This document shows positions 38,578 to 51,400 of a stretch of DNA of 64,000 nucleotides, one piece after another. The translations under genes were made by a program, and so were the position numbers. Position 1 is the stretch's first letter, and each line of letters begins with the position of its first letter. Below the pieces are notes generated by a model. It was given only the letters and a program-made list of their open reading frames with translations. It was not told the origin of the DNA and made no database searches. The stretch is from positions 1 through 64,000 of the IMG/VR virus record IMGVR_UViG_3300026521_000003, one strand, 5' to 3'.

Positions 38578-40650
38578 TTAATTACCTGAAAATGCTGCTG
38601 GGTATCTTACCCCGATTGTAGCATTACCAAATTTTGTAGCAGTACCACCATTAGCATATGAAATACTATCTAATGTTCTAGAATAACTACTACCACCTGC
38701 TGCCACCATTATAGAATCATTTGAAATTGGCGTTGTTGAATGTCTAGAATATGTTAAGTTACCAAATTGACTAGAATTACTAGGTGTTGCTAATGTTAAT
38801 TTTTCTATACTATTCAAGTTACTGCCATTATAATGTCCACCTGCCCATAGACCATGAATACCATTAGAAGATGCTCCAGTCCATCCTCTACTTTGTTGCA
38901 TTTTACCAAAAATAATTGCATTTGATGGAGTTGATAAACTTACATATCTAAATTCTTGATTCGACCAACCATTAACTCCTCTATCAAAAATTGCTTTTGT
39001 ACCATCAGATACAGCCGCATTCCAATATGATGATGTTCCTAAATTTCCGTATTGTACAGCATTCATTGGTGTTGCAAATAGTACATAATTAGAAATCGTT
39101 TGATTATATCGACCACCAAATATAACAGCTCTATTACCATCTGATGCAGCTTCAGCTCTCCAACCACCATAAAATCTTCCAAAATTCACAGCATTCATTG
39201 GTGTAGCTATTGTAACATATTGAATACCCGTATAATTATGTTGATGGAATGATAATCCTCTAGTTGAATCTGATGCTCCTGCTGAATGACCACCAGTTCT
39301 ACAAGTACCAAAATTTACAGCATTAGCTGGTGTAGGAATATTTATTTTTTGAATAACTCCATGGTTCCATGAACCCATAAAAATACCTATATCACCTTTA
39401 AAACTATAATTATTACCACCTATTACCGAACCATATTTTGAATCTTGTGCTAAAGTTCTAAATGTACCATTTGATGTACTAGCTTTAAAATTTGATTTTT
39501 TAACTATAGCTTCCCCTGTAGCTCTATTAAGAATTAATGATCCCGCTGGAACATTAGTAACAGAATCTGTTTCTTTTTCAACAGTATAAACAAATGAATT
39601 TTTATTAAATTCTTTTCCTACACCCATGTAAATCGAAGCATTTTCTGATAAGTGTAAAGATCTATATCTTTTTGATGGTGAACCTAAATCCTGAATTTCA
39701 TTACCCGTTGGTATAATATCTTTAGCAGGGTGTAATGTATTAGATAATACTATTGATCCGTTAATTGTTCCACCCGTTTTATCGTATTTAACAGATAAAT
39801 CTACACCTGATAATATATAACTTCTAAGTGATGATAAATCTTTTCCATCTAATGTTTCTGCCGATAAACTCCATGTATCTCCATCCCAAACTAATAAATT
39901 TGAATTTGGCATAGGATTACCATTTGAGTCCGTTAAAGATGTCAATGCCGTATGAGGACCCATACCTTCAGATGGAACTAATGATTCAAATGCTACTTGT
40001 GCATATGCGTGTTTCTTTTCATCATAACCTTTTAAATCTTCTGATATAATACCAAATTTACCAGTACCAATCGCAGCATATGGATAACGCCAGCTTCTTT
40101 TTACTTTATGCCATGCTTTAGATTTTAATAAATCCATTCGTTTATTCAAATCATTATTAGTACCAATTGCATCATATGACACCATTATAAACATATCATT
40201 TTTAGCAATAGTTCCTAATTTTCTAGCTAACTGTGTTCTAGCCGCATTTGAACCATATGTATCATAATAACCAATAGATTTAACTTTTGTTCTAAAATTA
40301 GAATCAAAAATAACTAATGCTATACCTCTTCGGTTTTTAATTCTAATACCGGTATTACCTGCAAATTGTATATATCTACTAGCATTATAATTTAACCCCG
40401 TACCTCGTACATTAATGATATTAGAACCTTTTTTAGAATACCATAATTGACCAACAACAGGATTAGCAGGGGCTTTTTTTGAGGCAAAATTTTCTAATAA
40501 AGCATAGAAGTTTTCATTGACTTCTTTTAAATATGTTTCTGTACCCTTCCCAAAAAGATTTATAGGTGTTGTTGAACTATCAATCGTTCCATCAGTTATA
40601 GATGTAACAACCTCATTCGATGTATTTCGTATTTCAATATTTCCAGCCAT
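38578..40650 (-). CDS. Receptor-binding/tail fibre protein 2 with ILEI/GG-lectin-like insert
   Basis: Same adaptor and repeats; insert RGIALVIFD...YDTYG...MVSYDA...WRYPYAAIG. Confidence 0.7.
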   Translation of the reverse strand: MAGNIEIRNTSNEVVTSITDGTIDSSTTPINLFGKGTETYLKEVNENFYALLENFASKKAPANPVVGQLWYSKKGSNIINVRGTGLNYNASRYIQFAGNTGIRIKNRRGIALVIFDSNFRTKVKSIGYYDTYGSNAARTQLARKLGTIAKNDMFIMVSYDAIGTNNDLNKRMDLLKSKAWHKVKRSWRYPYAAIGTGKFGIISEDLKGYDEKKHAYAQVAFESLVPSEGMGPHTALTSLTDSNGNPMPNSNLLVWDGDTWSLSAETLDGKDLSSLRSYILSGVDLSVKYDKTGGTINGSIVLSNTLHPAKDIIPTGNEIQDLGSPSKRYRSLHLSENASIYMGVGKEFNKNSFVYTVEKETDSVTNVPAGSLILNRATGEAIVKKSNFKASTSNGTFRTLAQDSKYGSVIGGNNYSFKGDIGIFMGSWNHGVIQKINIPTPANAVNFGTCRTGGHSAGASDSTRGLSFHQHNYTGIQYVTIATPMNAVNFGRFYGGWRAEAASDGNRAVIFGGRYNQTISNYVLFATPMNAVQYGNLGTSSYWNAAVSDGTKAIFDRGVNGWSNQEFRYVSLSTPSNAIIFGKMQQSRGWTGASSNGIHGLWAGGHYNGSNLNSIEKLTLATPSNSSQFGNLTYSRHSTTPISNDSIMVAAGGSSYSRTLDSISYANGGTATKFGNATIGVRYPAAFSGN

Positions 40651-40663
40651 TTTTTACTCCTTC

Positions 40664-41311
40664 CTAACCTATCTTTTTCAACATTTCAGTATAATTAGAT
40701 TTAACAATCCTTGAAATAAATGTTTCATCTTTTATAATTTTTGGTATTTTATTTAAAAATTTACTATCATTAATTCTAATATCTTTTTCATTTATTGTTG
40801 ATGTTAAACCATTCATTAGATCTTTCATAGGGAAATTAGCTTTTTCAGATTCTGATTTCATTTCATAATCTTCTAAAATATATCTTAATAAAAATTCTAT
40901 TAACAGTTTAGTATCAGATAAATCATCTTCAAAATCTTTAAATTGTCTTATCTTAGATCGTGTTATAAATTTTAATTCTAATTTATCTATATATTCTTTA
41001 GATAAAGAGATCAATTTTAATTCTTCTTCACTTGAACCAAATTGTTCATTTTCTAAAGCTATTTCGCTTGGCATAACATCCATATCTTCCTGTATAGATT
41101 GATATGTTTCATTATCTAACATCATACCTACCGCTATCGATTTAGGAATAGGATACAGTTTAAATTCTGAATATTTATCGAATTCTTCTTCAACCATAGC
41201 ACACAATTTCCACCCATTATATTCAGCCATACCTATTTCTATACCATCGGGATTAACTCCACCAACTAAAGGTATAACATTTTCTTTATATATTGCATAT
41301 ATTATATTCAT
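40664..41311 (-). CDS. RBP partner / putative tail-fibre assembly protein 3
   Basis: Paralogue of 37961-38566 (KDFEDDLSDTK). Confidence 0.55.
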   Translation of the reverse strand: MNIIYAIYKENVIPLVGGVNPDGIEIGMAEYNGWKLCAMVEEEFDKYSEFKLYPIPKSIAVGMMLDNETYQSIQEDMDVMPSEIALENEQFGSSEEELKLISLSKEYIDKLELKFITRSKIRQFKDFEDDLSDTKLLIEFLLRYILEDYEMKSESEKANFPMKDLMNGLTSTINEKDIRINDSKFLNKIPKIIKDETFISRIVKSNYTEMLKKIG

Positions 41312-41324
41312 AATTTTTATCTCC

Positions 41325-42965
41325 TTAATTCCCTGAAGCTCCAGAAGGTCTAGACCCTCTTCGCATCGTCATATTTCCAAAATTAATAGAATTCATAGGT
41401 GTTTGGATAGTTACTGATTCCATAGTATTATCCCACCATGTTGCTGCAGACACACCAGTTATACCGTTTGATAAACCTATTCCCGCACTATTTCTACTTC
41501 TTCTAGTTCTTCCAAAATCAATACCGTTACTAGGAGTAGCTATGGTAATATATTCAATATAATTATTAGTCCAATTACCATCCCAGCCACCAAAGTATAA
41601 TCCTTTGATAGTATCCGTTAGTGCTGATCCAGCTGGTCCTCTATGTCTTCTTGTACTTCCAAAATAAATTGAATTCTTTAGAGTTTGAATAGTAATGTAT
41701 TCTAATCTACTAGACCATCCTCTTCTTGAATAACCACCGAATACACCTCTTGTTCCAGAAGATACAGCTGATCCCCAATATCCTTGTTTGATAGTTCCAA
41801 ATTTAGATGAATTACCAGGTGTTTCTATCGTAATATAAGTTGCAATATAATGGTGTCCTCTAGGACCTGGAGTTCGAGCATTATAACCTGGACCAATAAT
41901 ACCTTTTGTTCCATCTGATACTGATGATGAACCATAATTTTCATATCCGATAGTTCCAAAATATGTAGCGTTACTAGGAGAAGCAAAAGTAACATAATCC
42001 ATTTTTCCATTATGTGAACCATGTGAACCATTCCAACCACCTTGGAAAACTCCTCTGGTTCCACTAGACATACCCGCACCCATATGACTTCTACCATACG
42101 ATAGATTTCCGAATGTTTGACCATTACCAGGTGTTGAAATTGTTATTTTTTCAATTGACGCATTTCTATGACCACCAACAGAACCCCAGCCTCCGGCTAT
42201 TAAACCAATATCGCCTAAGAATTTAAATTTATTCCCACCTATAACAGCTGAATTTTGTTTATCATCAGCTAGTTTTCTAAATGTTTTATTATTAGCACCA
42301 AAAATACCAGTTGATTTCTTAATAATGGCTTCACCTGTTTCCTGATGTAAGATAATTGCACCTACTGGGAATTTCGATACATCAGAATTATCATTTTCAA
42401 CAACATATACAAAGTTATTAGATTTAAATTTTAATCCCTTAGATTCATCACCTAATGTAATACCATCTTCTTTTAAATAAATATTTCTAAATCTATTATT
42501 TTTTCCACCGAGATTTGATTGTTCCGTTACAACAGGCAAAATTGATTTTCGGATTTGTACTGCTCCAGAAATATCTACTTCACCAGTAATAGTACCACCA
42601 GTTTTAGATAATTTTCCAGTTGTATCCAAACCAGATAAAACATACTCACGGACACCATCCAATGTCTTACCACCAATTTTATCAGCATTTGAAAGCCACT
42701 CAGAATTAGTTCTATAATTAATTCTATTATTAGCTTTATCATACCATATTTGTCCCTCAACAACCCCATCATTAGTAGATGCTTGTGGTGGTGTACTCTC
42801 ACCTGCAAAATTTTCTAATAATTTAACAAAGTTGTCATTTATATCACCAATAAAATTCTCAACATTTTCACCAATTAATGCGGTCTCAAATGTTGAATTT
42901 ATAGTATCTTCGGCAATAGTGGCAATTTCTTGATTTTCAGTATTATATACTTTAATTTCAGCCAT
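41325..42965 (-). CDS. Receptor-binding/tail fibre protein 3
   Basis: Same adaptor, same repeats and same C-terminal SGN. Confidence 0.7.
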   Translation of the reverse strand: MAEIKVYNTENQEIATIAEDTINSTFETALIGENVENFIGDINDNFVKLLENFAGESTPPQASTNDGVVEGQIWYDKANNRINYRTNSEWLSNADKIGGKTLDGVREYVLSGLDTTGKLSKTGGTITGEVDISGAVQIRKSILPVVTEQSNLGGKNNRFRNIYLKEDGITLGDESKGLKFKSNNFVYVVENDNSDVSKFPVGAIILHQETGEAIIKKSTGIFGANNKTFRKLADDKQNSAVIGGNKFKFLGDIGLIAGGWGSVGGHRNASIEKITISTPGNGQTFGNLSYGRSHMGAGMSSGTRGVFQGGWNGSHGSHNGKMDYVTFASPSNATYFGTIGYENYGSSSVSDGTKGIIGPGYNARTPGPRGHHYIATYITIETPGNSSKFGTIKQGYWGSAVSSGTRGVFGGYSRRGWSSRLEYITIQTLKNSIYFGSTRRHRGPAGSALTDTIKGLYFGGWDGNWTNNYIEYITIATPSNGIDFGRTRRSRNSAGIGLSNGITGVSAATWWDNTMESVTIQTPMNSINFGNMTMRRGSRPSGASGN

Positions 42966-43007
42966 TATACTTTCTCCTTAAACTTATAAGTTACTCCAAT
43001 TTTTAAT

Positions 43008-43015
43008 TATTTATA
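43008..43015 (-). promoter_or_regulatory. T4-type late promoter TATAAATA for the RBP operon
   Basis: Exact match 43 bp upstream of 42965. Confidence 0.65.
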
Positions 43016-43065
43016 CTCTTTAAAACCTTTTTTGTAAAATAAAAATAATTCAATTTAAATAAGAG

Positions 43066-44211
43066 GTGAAAATGAAAAATTTAATATTAGATTTTGCAAA
43101 TCTAACCGCTATAACTCGTTTTGGCGCTATGTCAAAAGACTCTTCAACATTAATGATGAGTGACGAAGAATGGATAAATTATTTCTTAGATACTATGTTA
43201 GTTAGTATTGCAAACTATGTAAATGTCTTAAAAGCGGACAGAGTTATATTAACATTAGAAAGTCGTTCATGGAGAAAAACATACTATCCACTTTACAAGG
43301 CAAATAGAGATGCTGGAAAAGAGGCCGATGATAAACTAGACCTATTTTATGAGGCTGTAAATAAAGCTGCAGATTTTATGAGGGATTTTACAAATGCTAT
43401 TGTTTTACGAGCCGATGAAGCAGAAGGTGATGACATAATAGCAGTTTTAACTCAAAAATTTTCTGCTGAAGGCGATACTACAATAATAGTTTCCACCGAT
43501 GGAGATTTTAAACAATTATTAAGATATAAAGGAGTTAAAATTTTTAACCCTATTAAAAAAATATATGTATCGGGCGGATATTCACATTTAGATTATATTA
43601 CTAAATTAGTTAAAGGTGATGCAGGAGATAATGTCCCATCATCATACCCTCGTATTAAAAAAGATATTTTAGAATCTATTGCTACGGATAAATCTCGTTT
43701 AGAAGTCGAATTTGATAAAGTGGATAAAATGATTGAAAGGCAAAAATACTATATAAGTAAATTTTTGGAAATTGATGATATTCCAGATGATTTAACTGAA
43801 GAAGAATGGACTGAAGTACTATCAATAGCTAGAGAAAAGAAAGATAAAATAAAGGATGATGTTAAATTAGCAAAAAAAGAAAATAATTTTAAAGACAATG
43901 AAAAATTACAAATAAAAGATAAGCACCTAAAAGACATTATTAAATTGGCTAAAAAAGAGGATATAACCGAAAGTAAATTATTCAATGTTATAAATTCATT
44001 TAGGGACGGATTTAAAAGAAATGAAAAATTAATTTGTTTAAAAATAGATAATATTCCTGAACATGTAACCGATGCAATTCTTAATGAATTAAATAAAGAT
44101 CATTCACAAACAAAACAGTCAGAATTTTTAAAATTTGTAAGGAAACATAAACTACGAGAATTTGCATTTGGTTTTGAATGGAATACATTAAAAAATATAA
44201 AATCAGTTTGA
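43066..44211 (+). CDS. rnh: T4 RNase H-like 5'-3' exonuclease / flap endonuclease
   Basis: WRK.YYPLYKANR, EGDDIIA, STDGDFKQL, GDAGDNVP. Confidence 0.88.
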   Translation: MKMKNLILDFANLTAITRFGAMSKDSSTLMMSDEEWINYFLDTMLVSIANYVNVLKADRVILTLESRSWRKTYYPLYKANRDAGKEADDKLDLFYEAVNKAADFMRDFTNAIVLRADEAEGDDIIAVLTQKFSAEGDTTIIVSTDGDFKQLLRYKGVKIFNPIKKIYVSGGYSHLDYITKLVKGDAGDNVPSSYPRIKKDILESIATDKSRLEVEFDKVDKMIERQKYYISKFLEIDDIPDDLTEEEWTEVLSIAREKKDKIKDDVKLAKKENNFKDNEKLQIKDKHLKDIIKLAKKEDITESKLFNVINSFRDGFKRNEKLICLKIDNIPEHVTDAILNELNKDHSQTKQSEFLKFVRKHKLREFAFGFEWNTLKNIKSV

Positions 44212-44240
44212 TTTAAGTTAAAACTTTTTATAATTATTAT

Positions 44241-45179
44241 ATGAATAATCCTTTTAAAAATAAATTTGTAGTTAATCTTCACCATGCTGATTTTGATGGC
44301 GCTGTATCTGGAGCATGTGTTAAAAGTTGTTTGGGTGAAAATGTAATTTCCAAAAGCATAGCTATAGCAAAAGCAGAATCAGAAATAAGAAAAATTATAA
44401 ATGATATTGATATAATTTTATTAACGGATTTAGGCTTATATCCAGATGATAAAAATAACGACTTAATAGATAAAATTAAAGATAATAAAATAATCATTTA
44501 TGATCACCATATTAATCCAGCGTCAGAAGATATGTTTGCAAATTTACCAAAAGCAAACATAAGTGTATTGGAAAATGATATTTGTGGTGCAACATTAACA
44601 TGGATAAAGATGTTAGAATATTTTCCTTCTAATTCTTTTTTATACGAATTGGAGGATATCGTTTATTTAAGTGATGTCTATGATATGTGGCGTATAGATA
44701 ATAAAGATTTTGAATATGCTGTTAAGATTAATGATTTATTAGACTATCAGATTGGATATAACCCAGATCAATTTAGAGATCGATGGTTAAAAAATCCGAA
44801 TCCATTCAAATTAACGAAAAAAGAACATAAAATAATTGATACGAAGCAAATAAGAGGTGAGAGAAATTTAAAAGAATTAGAAGAAAATGCTATTATTTTT
44901 GAATACAAAAATATTATAGTTGTTTTAACGGAGGCATCATCACCAACTGACTTTATAAAAATGAAGTTTATGAATTATGTTTTAGAAGAAGAAAATGTTG
45001 ATATGTTTATATTTAAGTATCCAAATACAACACAATGTTCTGTGAGAATACCACAATCATCATCAATATTAGACTTAAATGATTGGTATGATGACTTTGG
45101 ATGTAAAGGACATTCACATGCTGGCGGAATACCAGTAAATGAATACCCAAAATTAGAAAAAATACTAAAAATTATTTAG
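44241..45179 (+). CDS. DHH-family phosphoesterase
   Basis: HADFDG, TDL, YDHH, CGA, GHSHAGG. Confidence 0.85.
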   Translation: MNNPFKNKFVVNLHHADFDGAVSGACVKSCLGENVISKSIAIAKAESEIRKIINDIDIILLTDLGLYPDDKNNDLIDKIKDNKIIIYDHHINPASEDMFANLPKANISVLENDICGATLTWIKMLEYFPSNSFLYELEDIVYLSDVYDMWRIDNKDFEYAVKINDLLDYQIGYNPDQFRDRWLKNPNPFKLTKKEHKIIDTKQIRGERNLKELEENAIIFEYKNIIVVLTEASSPTDFIKMKFMNYVLEEENVDMFIFKYPNTTQCSVRIPQSSSILDLNDWYDDFGCKGHSHAGGIPVNEYPKLEKILKII

Positions 45180-45405
45180 TAGCTTTTTCTTTCATTAAAA
45201 CTACAGCAGCTTCAATTGCTAAGTTCAACATATGTGATGCAAAATCAGTTCCAAGTTCTTTAGCCTCTGCTATAACTTTCTCTCTCTTTTGCGCACCAGA
45301 TAATTCATTATTCAATGCAACATTATTTACAAGATCTTTTATTTTTCCAAAAACATCTTTACCAATAATATAATTCATTACTTTATCTAATAACCATTTC
45401 CACAT
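45172..45405 (-). CDS. Small protein, possibly holin-like
   Basis: SGAQKREKV...LNLAIEAAV resembles LL-H-type holin tails; late motif upstream. Confidence 0.4.
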   Translation of the reverse strand: MWKWLLDKVMNYIIGKDVFGKIKDLVNNVALNNELSGAQKREKVIAEAKELGTDFASHMLNLAIEAAVVLMKEKATK

Positions 45406-45426
45406 TTTTAATCTCCTTATTAAAAG

Positions 45427-45454
45427 TTTAGGGTATAATTATTTATACCCTAAA
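45427..45454 (-). terminator. Hairpin after the 2376-aa gene, embedding a TATAAATA late motif (45440-45447)
   Basis: TTTAGGGTATAA-TTAT-TTATACCCTAAA. Confidence 0.6.
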
Positions 45455-45460
45455 TCATAT

Positions 45461-48400
45461 TTATCTAGTTCTTGCTGATTGAGCACCTAATATTTTTTTA
45501 GTTTCAGTAGCTAATAATGTATTTGCTTCTGTTTTTGAATATGTTTGAGTTGCATCAGTAACCGATAAATCATTACCATTAGCATCCGTAAATACATAAT
45601 TAACATCCGTAATACCTTCACCAATATTACTTATATGATTATCTAACCACGCACTAATCTCATATGATGTTGCGCTATCCATACCAGCTAAATAATTTGA
45701 TCCGTCTTTAATTAAAGTATTGATTTGTGTTTTTGTATAATATCTAACGCCATCTGGCATATCTATTGAAATATTTAATCTATCAAACCATTTTTGTATA
45801 TCATCACTATTGATACTATCAATACCATTTGCTAATTGTAATGATTTTCTTATAATTTCGATAATTTCAACTTTATTATAATTTCCTGTTAAATCTGGAA
45901 TAGGTCTAAATTCATCTGCTCTTGGATAAGTATTACCAAATTCATCAGTACCATCTTGAACTTCATATCCTAAAGCACTAAATGTACCTGGATCTGATGG
46001 ATTAATATTATCAATCCAAGCTTCTAAACCAATATTAGTACTATCACCTGTATGGAATAATCGCAGCATATCATCGGTAACATTAGTACCATTTTCTAAA
46101 ATATTATGCGTTATTCTCTGTAAACCTTCTATTAAAATCAATTTAATTTCTAATTTAGTAAAATATCCAGATGCATCACCCTTAATAGTTGATATTAAAG
46201 ACTTCATTTTAGATGCCCAATTATCTAATCTTAGTTTAGTTACTCTTACAGCTTCATCCATATTTGTAGTTGTAACATATTTTATATTATCCGTATAATC
46301 TTTAGGGTTCCATCCTAATTGTACCGCATGCCCACCATATCTTTCAGAATACATAGCATCAATTCTATACCAACCAGCTACAGCAAAATCGTAAGAATAC
46401 GCTGTATCTCTACAGCAATATTTATTTGATGCAATTTTCTCTTCATTTATATAAATCGCGTGTGGATCATCACCATTCATTTTAACATAATCTAATTTAA
46501 AAGGTTTCTCAACAAATATCCAAGTAGTGTATATAGCATGGTAATTATGAACATTACCCCAAACAGTTGGTCCTGCAATATATCCTTTATTCCAAACTTT
46601 TCCTAATCTATCAGTATATGTTTTTGTAAAATCTACTACTTTTACTTCTTTTTCTGCTAACGGAGTTCTACCATTTTCTATAAAATCTTTTTTAAGATCT
46701 AAATGTCTTGTTCCCAACCAACCATCAAATCTAGTACCTTTAAAAGCCCAATTCTCAAGTTTATCAGAACCAACTGGTGGAAGAATTCTAGCAGATGAAG
46801 CTAAAACTAACCCTTCATAAATCAATTCTAATGATTCTGCTCTAGAATATATTTCTGTATCTGCATCTAAAGATAAATCTTTTACAGATAGTCGTCTAAT
46901 CCATCTATCAAGCGTTTCATCATCTAACATTGTTTCACTCACAATAGATTTTAAAACAGTTACTAAAAATTTCATAAATTCTGCTTTTGTATAAGGACCT
47001 TCCATATTTTCAACAAACGAATTTACCATTCCAGTTATTTCATCTCTTGTTGGTCTTGTTCCAGATGTAAATGCATCAGTAGTATTATAATCTGTCAATC
47101 CAAGAATAGTATCTATTAAAAGACTTGTTGAAATATCTTTAGTAAATACATTAGCACTTAAATCGGCTAAATTAATATTAGTTGTTTCAAGACTTTGAGT
47201 TAATTCTTCATCTTTAGCTTCCATATCCTTTCGTACTGAAGCTTCAACTTTTGCTATATTATCATAGATTAAATTTGCTGTTGTATTGATATAACTTGTT
47301 GTTTGATCAAATCTTAAATCAGTAGCAACCGAAAACTCATCTAAATCGTTAAACCCTTTTTTAACATCAGCTTCTAAATCTTCAATTCTTTTTCTTTGAT
47401 CGTTAGCATCAATTCTTAAATCAAAAATGTCTCTAGTATTAATTTCATCATACAATAAACCGTCTGGTCTATAAGTGGTTCTAGATACCATAGAACCCCC
47501 AGCTTTATAATCCGCTGAAAATAACCATTTTAACATCACTTTAAATTTAGCTTTTCTATCTCTACCAACAGAAGAAGTTTCTAAAGTTGCAGCATTTTCA
47601 TCAACAAGTGTAAAACCTGAAATATCATCTGCAAAGTCCTCTATATCTTCAGATACATGAATACCATTAATAAAGAATGATGTTCCATTATCATTGAATT
47701 CTGGATGATAGACACCTTGGTTTCTTCTATTTACAATAGCAACTGGAATTGCATATACATAATTATTATGAGATAAGTCTGTTGGTTCTTCTACGGTAAA
47801 TAGAGCATCATCAAATAATTTTCCTTCTTTATATAATAATGAATTTGGATTACTCGCTTGAATTAATGTTCCACCAGCAAATATTTGTAGTGTTTCAGTA
47901 ATTGGTTGCCCAGTTGCATCTTCTCCAACTTCTTGAGTAACAATTCTACTAGTGACTGGGGATTTCCCTTGGAATCTTAATCCTTCAGACATATATGGTG
48001 ATGTACCTCTAAAAAAGTTATTAAATAAATTCAATCCAACAATTCTAGTTCTATATCTTATTTGTACTAATTTATCACCATCAAAATAAAGGTTGTGGTC
48101 CGCATTATGAAAAATAGTTTTTCTGTCTTCATCACTTAATTCAGATAATTTCCATCCTCTACCAATAGTATTATCTTCAACAAATGTTTCATCAATAAGT
48201 TTCTTTTCTTCATCTGTAACAGAATCAAATTCTGTACCATCATAATAGTTATATACTATATTACTTTTTTGGAATGCTTGACAATATTGTTTTGCTCCAT
48301 CTGGAATTGCTGCTGTTTCACCATTAACAGTATCATAAAATGTATGATCAAAAATAACAGTATCAATATTATCAGATGTAGATCCTTGATATTGTACATT

Positions 48401-51400
48401 TCCAAATGGGAATATAAAATCTGTTTCATCAACAGCTTCATGCCAAACTTCAATAAATACTAAATCTTTTCTTTCTAGTACAACAATATCAATAAGATCA
48501 AATTCATCATTACGTCTAATAGTAACTTCTTGTCCAATTTCCTCAAGCATAGTTAAAGTTAAGTCTTGACCTTCTTGAATATAATCTAATCCTTCAACCC
48601 AATTAATTTCTTCATATATAACTTCAAACGGAATTTCAGTTCCATCATCTTCTTCAATATTAAAATCAATTGCGAATGTAATTTCTCCACCTTCAGAAAC
48701 AACACGTTTAGATGTAAACTCTTCAGCACCAGTAGATAATAGTCTTACAACAACTTGATCTCGATCCTTAGTATCTAGTATAGTAAATGTTTTACCAAAT
48801 CTATAATAACCAACTTTTGGTACGGTTATATTTTCCCATGTATTTTGTAATTCAGTTTCAACGCCATTGATATTACGTACTATAAAGAATCCGTCATCAT
48901 TTTCTTCAACCATAAAAGTTCTAGTATATTTGTAATAATATACAATATTTCCATCTTCATCTAATAATGGGTTTCCATCTCCACCATACTTTATAAGTTT
49001 TAATACAAATTGGTCTAGATCTGTTGATAATATTTCTATGACTTTTTGTTTTTCTGATGGTGTTAAAATATCTGTATCCGTCATATTATTAATCGACTCT
49101 TCATTTAAGTCATTAACCATCTCATTAACCATAGTTTCTTTAGCTTTTTGTAAGTAAGAAACAACTTTAGCATCATCTAAATTTAAAACATTATTACCAT
49201 TACTATCAACAACAAAATATTCTAATGATAAATTATCTTCTGATGATAATTGCTCTGCATTCTTAGCCCATTCAATATCAAAATTACTAAACCAGTTACC
49301 TGTTAAATCTGACTCTATTTCCAAATATTGTCTCAATAACTCTTTTTGTAAATCATCTGATTCTCGTAATAAACTTCTTTTTAATATTGGATTTCCTAAT
49401 GAGTCAACTTTAGTTTGACCAATAAATTTATAAAATTTTAAATTTTCTTTGTCAAAAACTACATCGCCATTTTTAAGTGCTTTACCTTCAGGTAAAGTTT
49501 CACCCATAATCCATGTATATTCGTGCCCTTCAATAACTTGCGGCACAACAATATCAAATTTATTTTTAATAATATCAAATGGTACTGTTACCTTTGGTTG
49601 TGGCTCTTCAGTAATAAAATCTATTTTAAGTTCCGCTTGTGGAGCTTGTATTCTTTTTAATACCATAACATCTGTCATTGAACCAGATAAAAGAGTAAGA
49701 ATATTTTTAGATAAGAAATACCCTTCACCATAAATCATTGCTGGGTCTTCATTTACTGCTACTGTTTGTAAACCAGTTAAACGTAAAGTAAAATCATTTG
49801 CTCTATTCCCGGTATATTCACCAAAATAAGTAATTTTTTCTAATGTAAGAATATATGATTCTAATGATGCATTATCATCTATAAAGAAATTTTGATCATC
49901 TAAAATAAATAAATTTTCGCCATCTTGAGCTGCAATTTTTTCAATAGTATAAGGATCTTTTTCAACAACTGTTAATTCGCCGGAAATACTATCTTGTTCC
50001 CAAACACGTCTAATAATAGTAAATCTAATGATGTCATTCTTATCAGCATTAAAAATTTTATAATTTTGACCTTTTCTTTCATACTCTAATTCTTGAACTG
50101 TTACATCTTCCCAAAACACTCCACCTTCTACAACCGTTACAGTTTTATCATCAACTGGCATATCCTCGTATGAAAGTGCAGAACCTAAATACTGAAAATA
50201 CTTATTATCTTTTTTAACAATATCATTATAATCTAGTTGTTCACTAGGTAATAATTCTTGTCCATCCGTCCAATTAAAACTATTTCCTGTTAAAGGTTCT
50301 GGCATAACAATTATACCATTATCATTAGCCCAATGACCATCAATATCATTTGTTGGTGTTCCTGTTTTTTCTAAACGTAAAATAATATCTTTTTTTCCAA
50401 CACGTTTAATATATAATGTATCACCTTTATTAATTTCTTCATTAAATTCTAAAGGTTTATCTAGACTTAATAAACCATCAATTTCATAATCACTATAAAT
50501 TGAAAGTAATTGACCATTTCTAGTTAATTTGATATTACCTTGTATAATATTGAAATCGACCGGAATAACTAAATTTAATACATCTTCTAATACTTCTTCA
50601 GTTTCAAATACAGGCATTATTTCATTATAAGAAATTGTTATAGGTGTTTCAGTACCATCTTCAGAAATTGTTACCATTTTAAGATTATCTTCAGAATCTA
50701 CATAAACATAAACTTTCGTACTGTCAGTTTTTTTCTCAAAAACTCTATACCCATTAACATCGGTTAATTGTATTTCTTGTTTTGATTCATCTAAAATATA
50801 TGTTCTTAATGATTCACTATCAATATAAAATGTAAGGTTATTAGCAACATAAATCATAATATCTGAGTGTTCATATGTATCAGAATTATCTAATGTACCT
50901 TCAAAAATTTCTTGAACATCATTCGATGGAGTATATAAGTCGCCTTTACTATCAATAAAGTAAATATCACCATTTGATTTTTTATAATATTTTGTACCAA
51001 CTTCATGATAATAATAAAAAACTTTACCTGCACTATGTGTATATATTTCACTATTAAGTGTAGTTATTAAAATATTTTCGGTAGTGATTTTAACAGCTCT
51101 ATTAGCATTAACATCAGTACTGGTATAATTACCATCAGTATCTAAGGTACTAACAATATTACCACCATCACCAACCATTAAAGCATCCACTCTGTAATAA
51201 TTAATTTCAGTCGTATCAATAGTATGTATATCTTTAACGTCGTAATCATCTAAATTATCTTGTACTGTTATAGTTGTAGCAATATTACCATTAGTATCAG
51301 TTATATCTGCTACATCAATATATTTCACATAAGATGTATCAACTACTATTTTAGGTGCTCCGGCTGTTGCAGGAATATAATTTCCATCTGCATCTGTTCG

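Noticed and set aside
36326-42965. Diversity-generating retroelement or invertase shuffling of RBPs
   Set aside because: No reverse transcriptase, recombinase or near-identical TR/VR pair was seen; the paralogues are diverged throughout.
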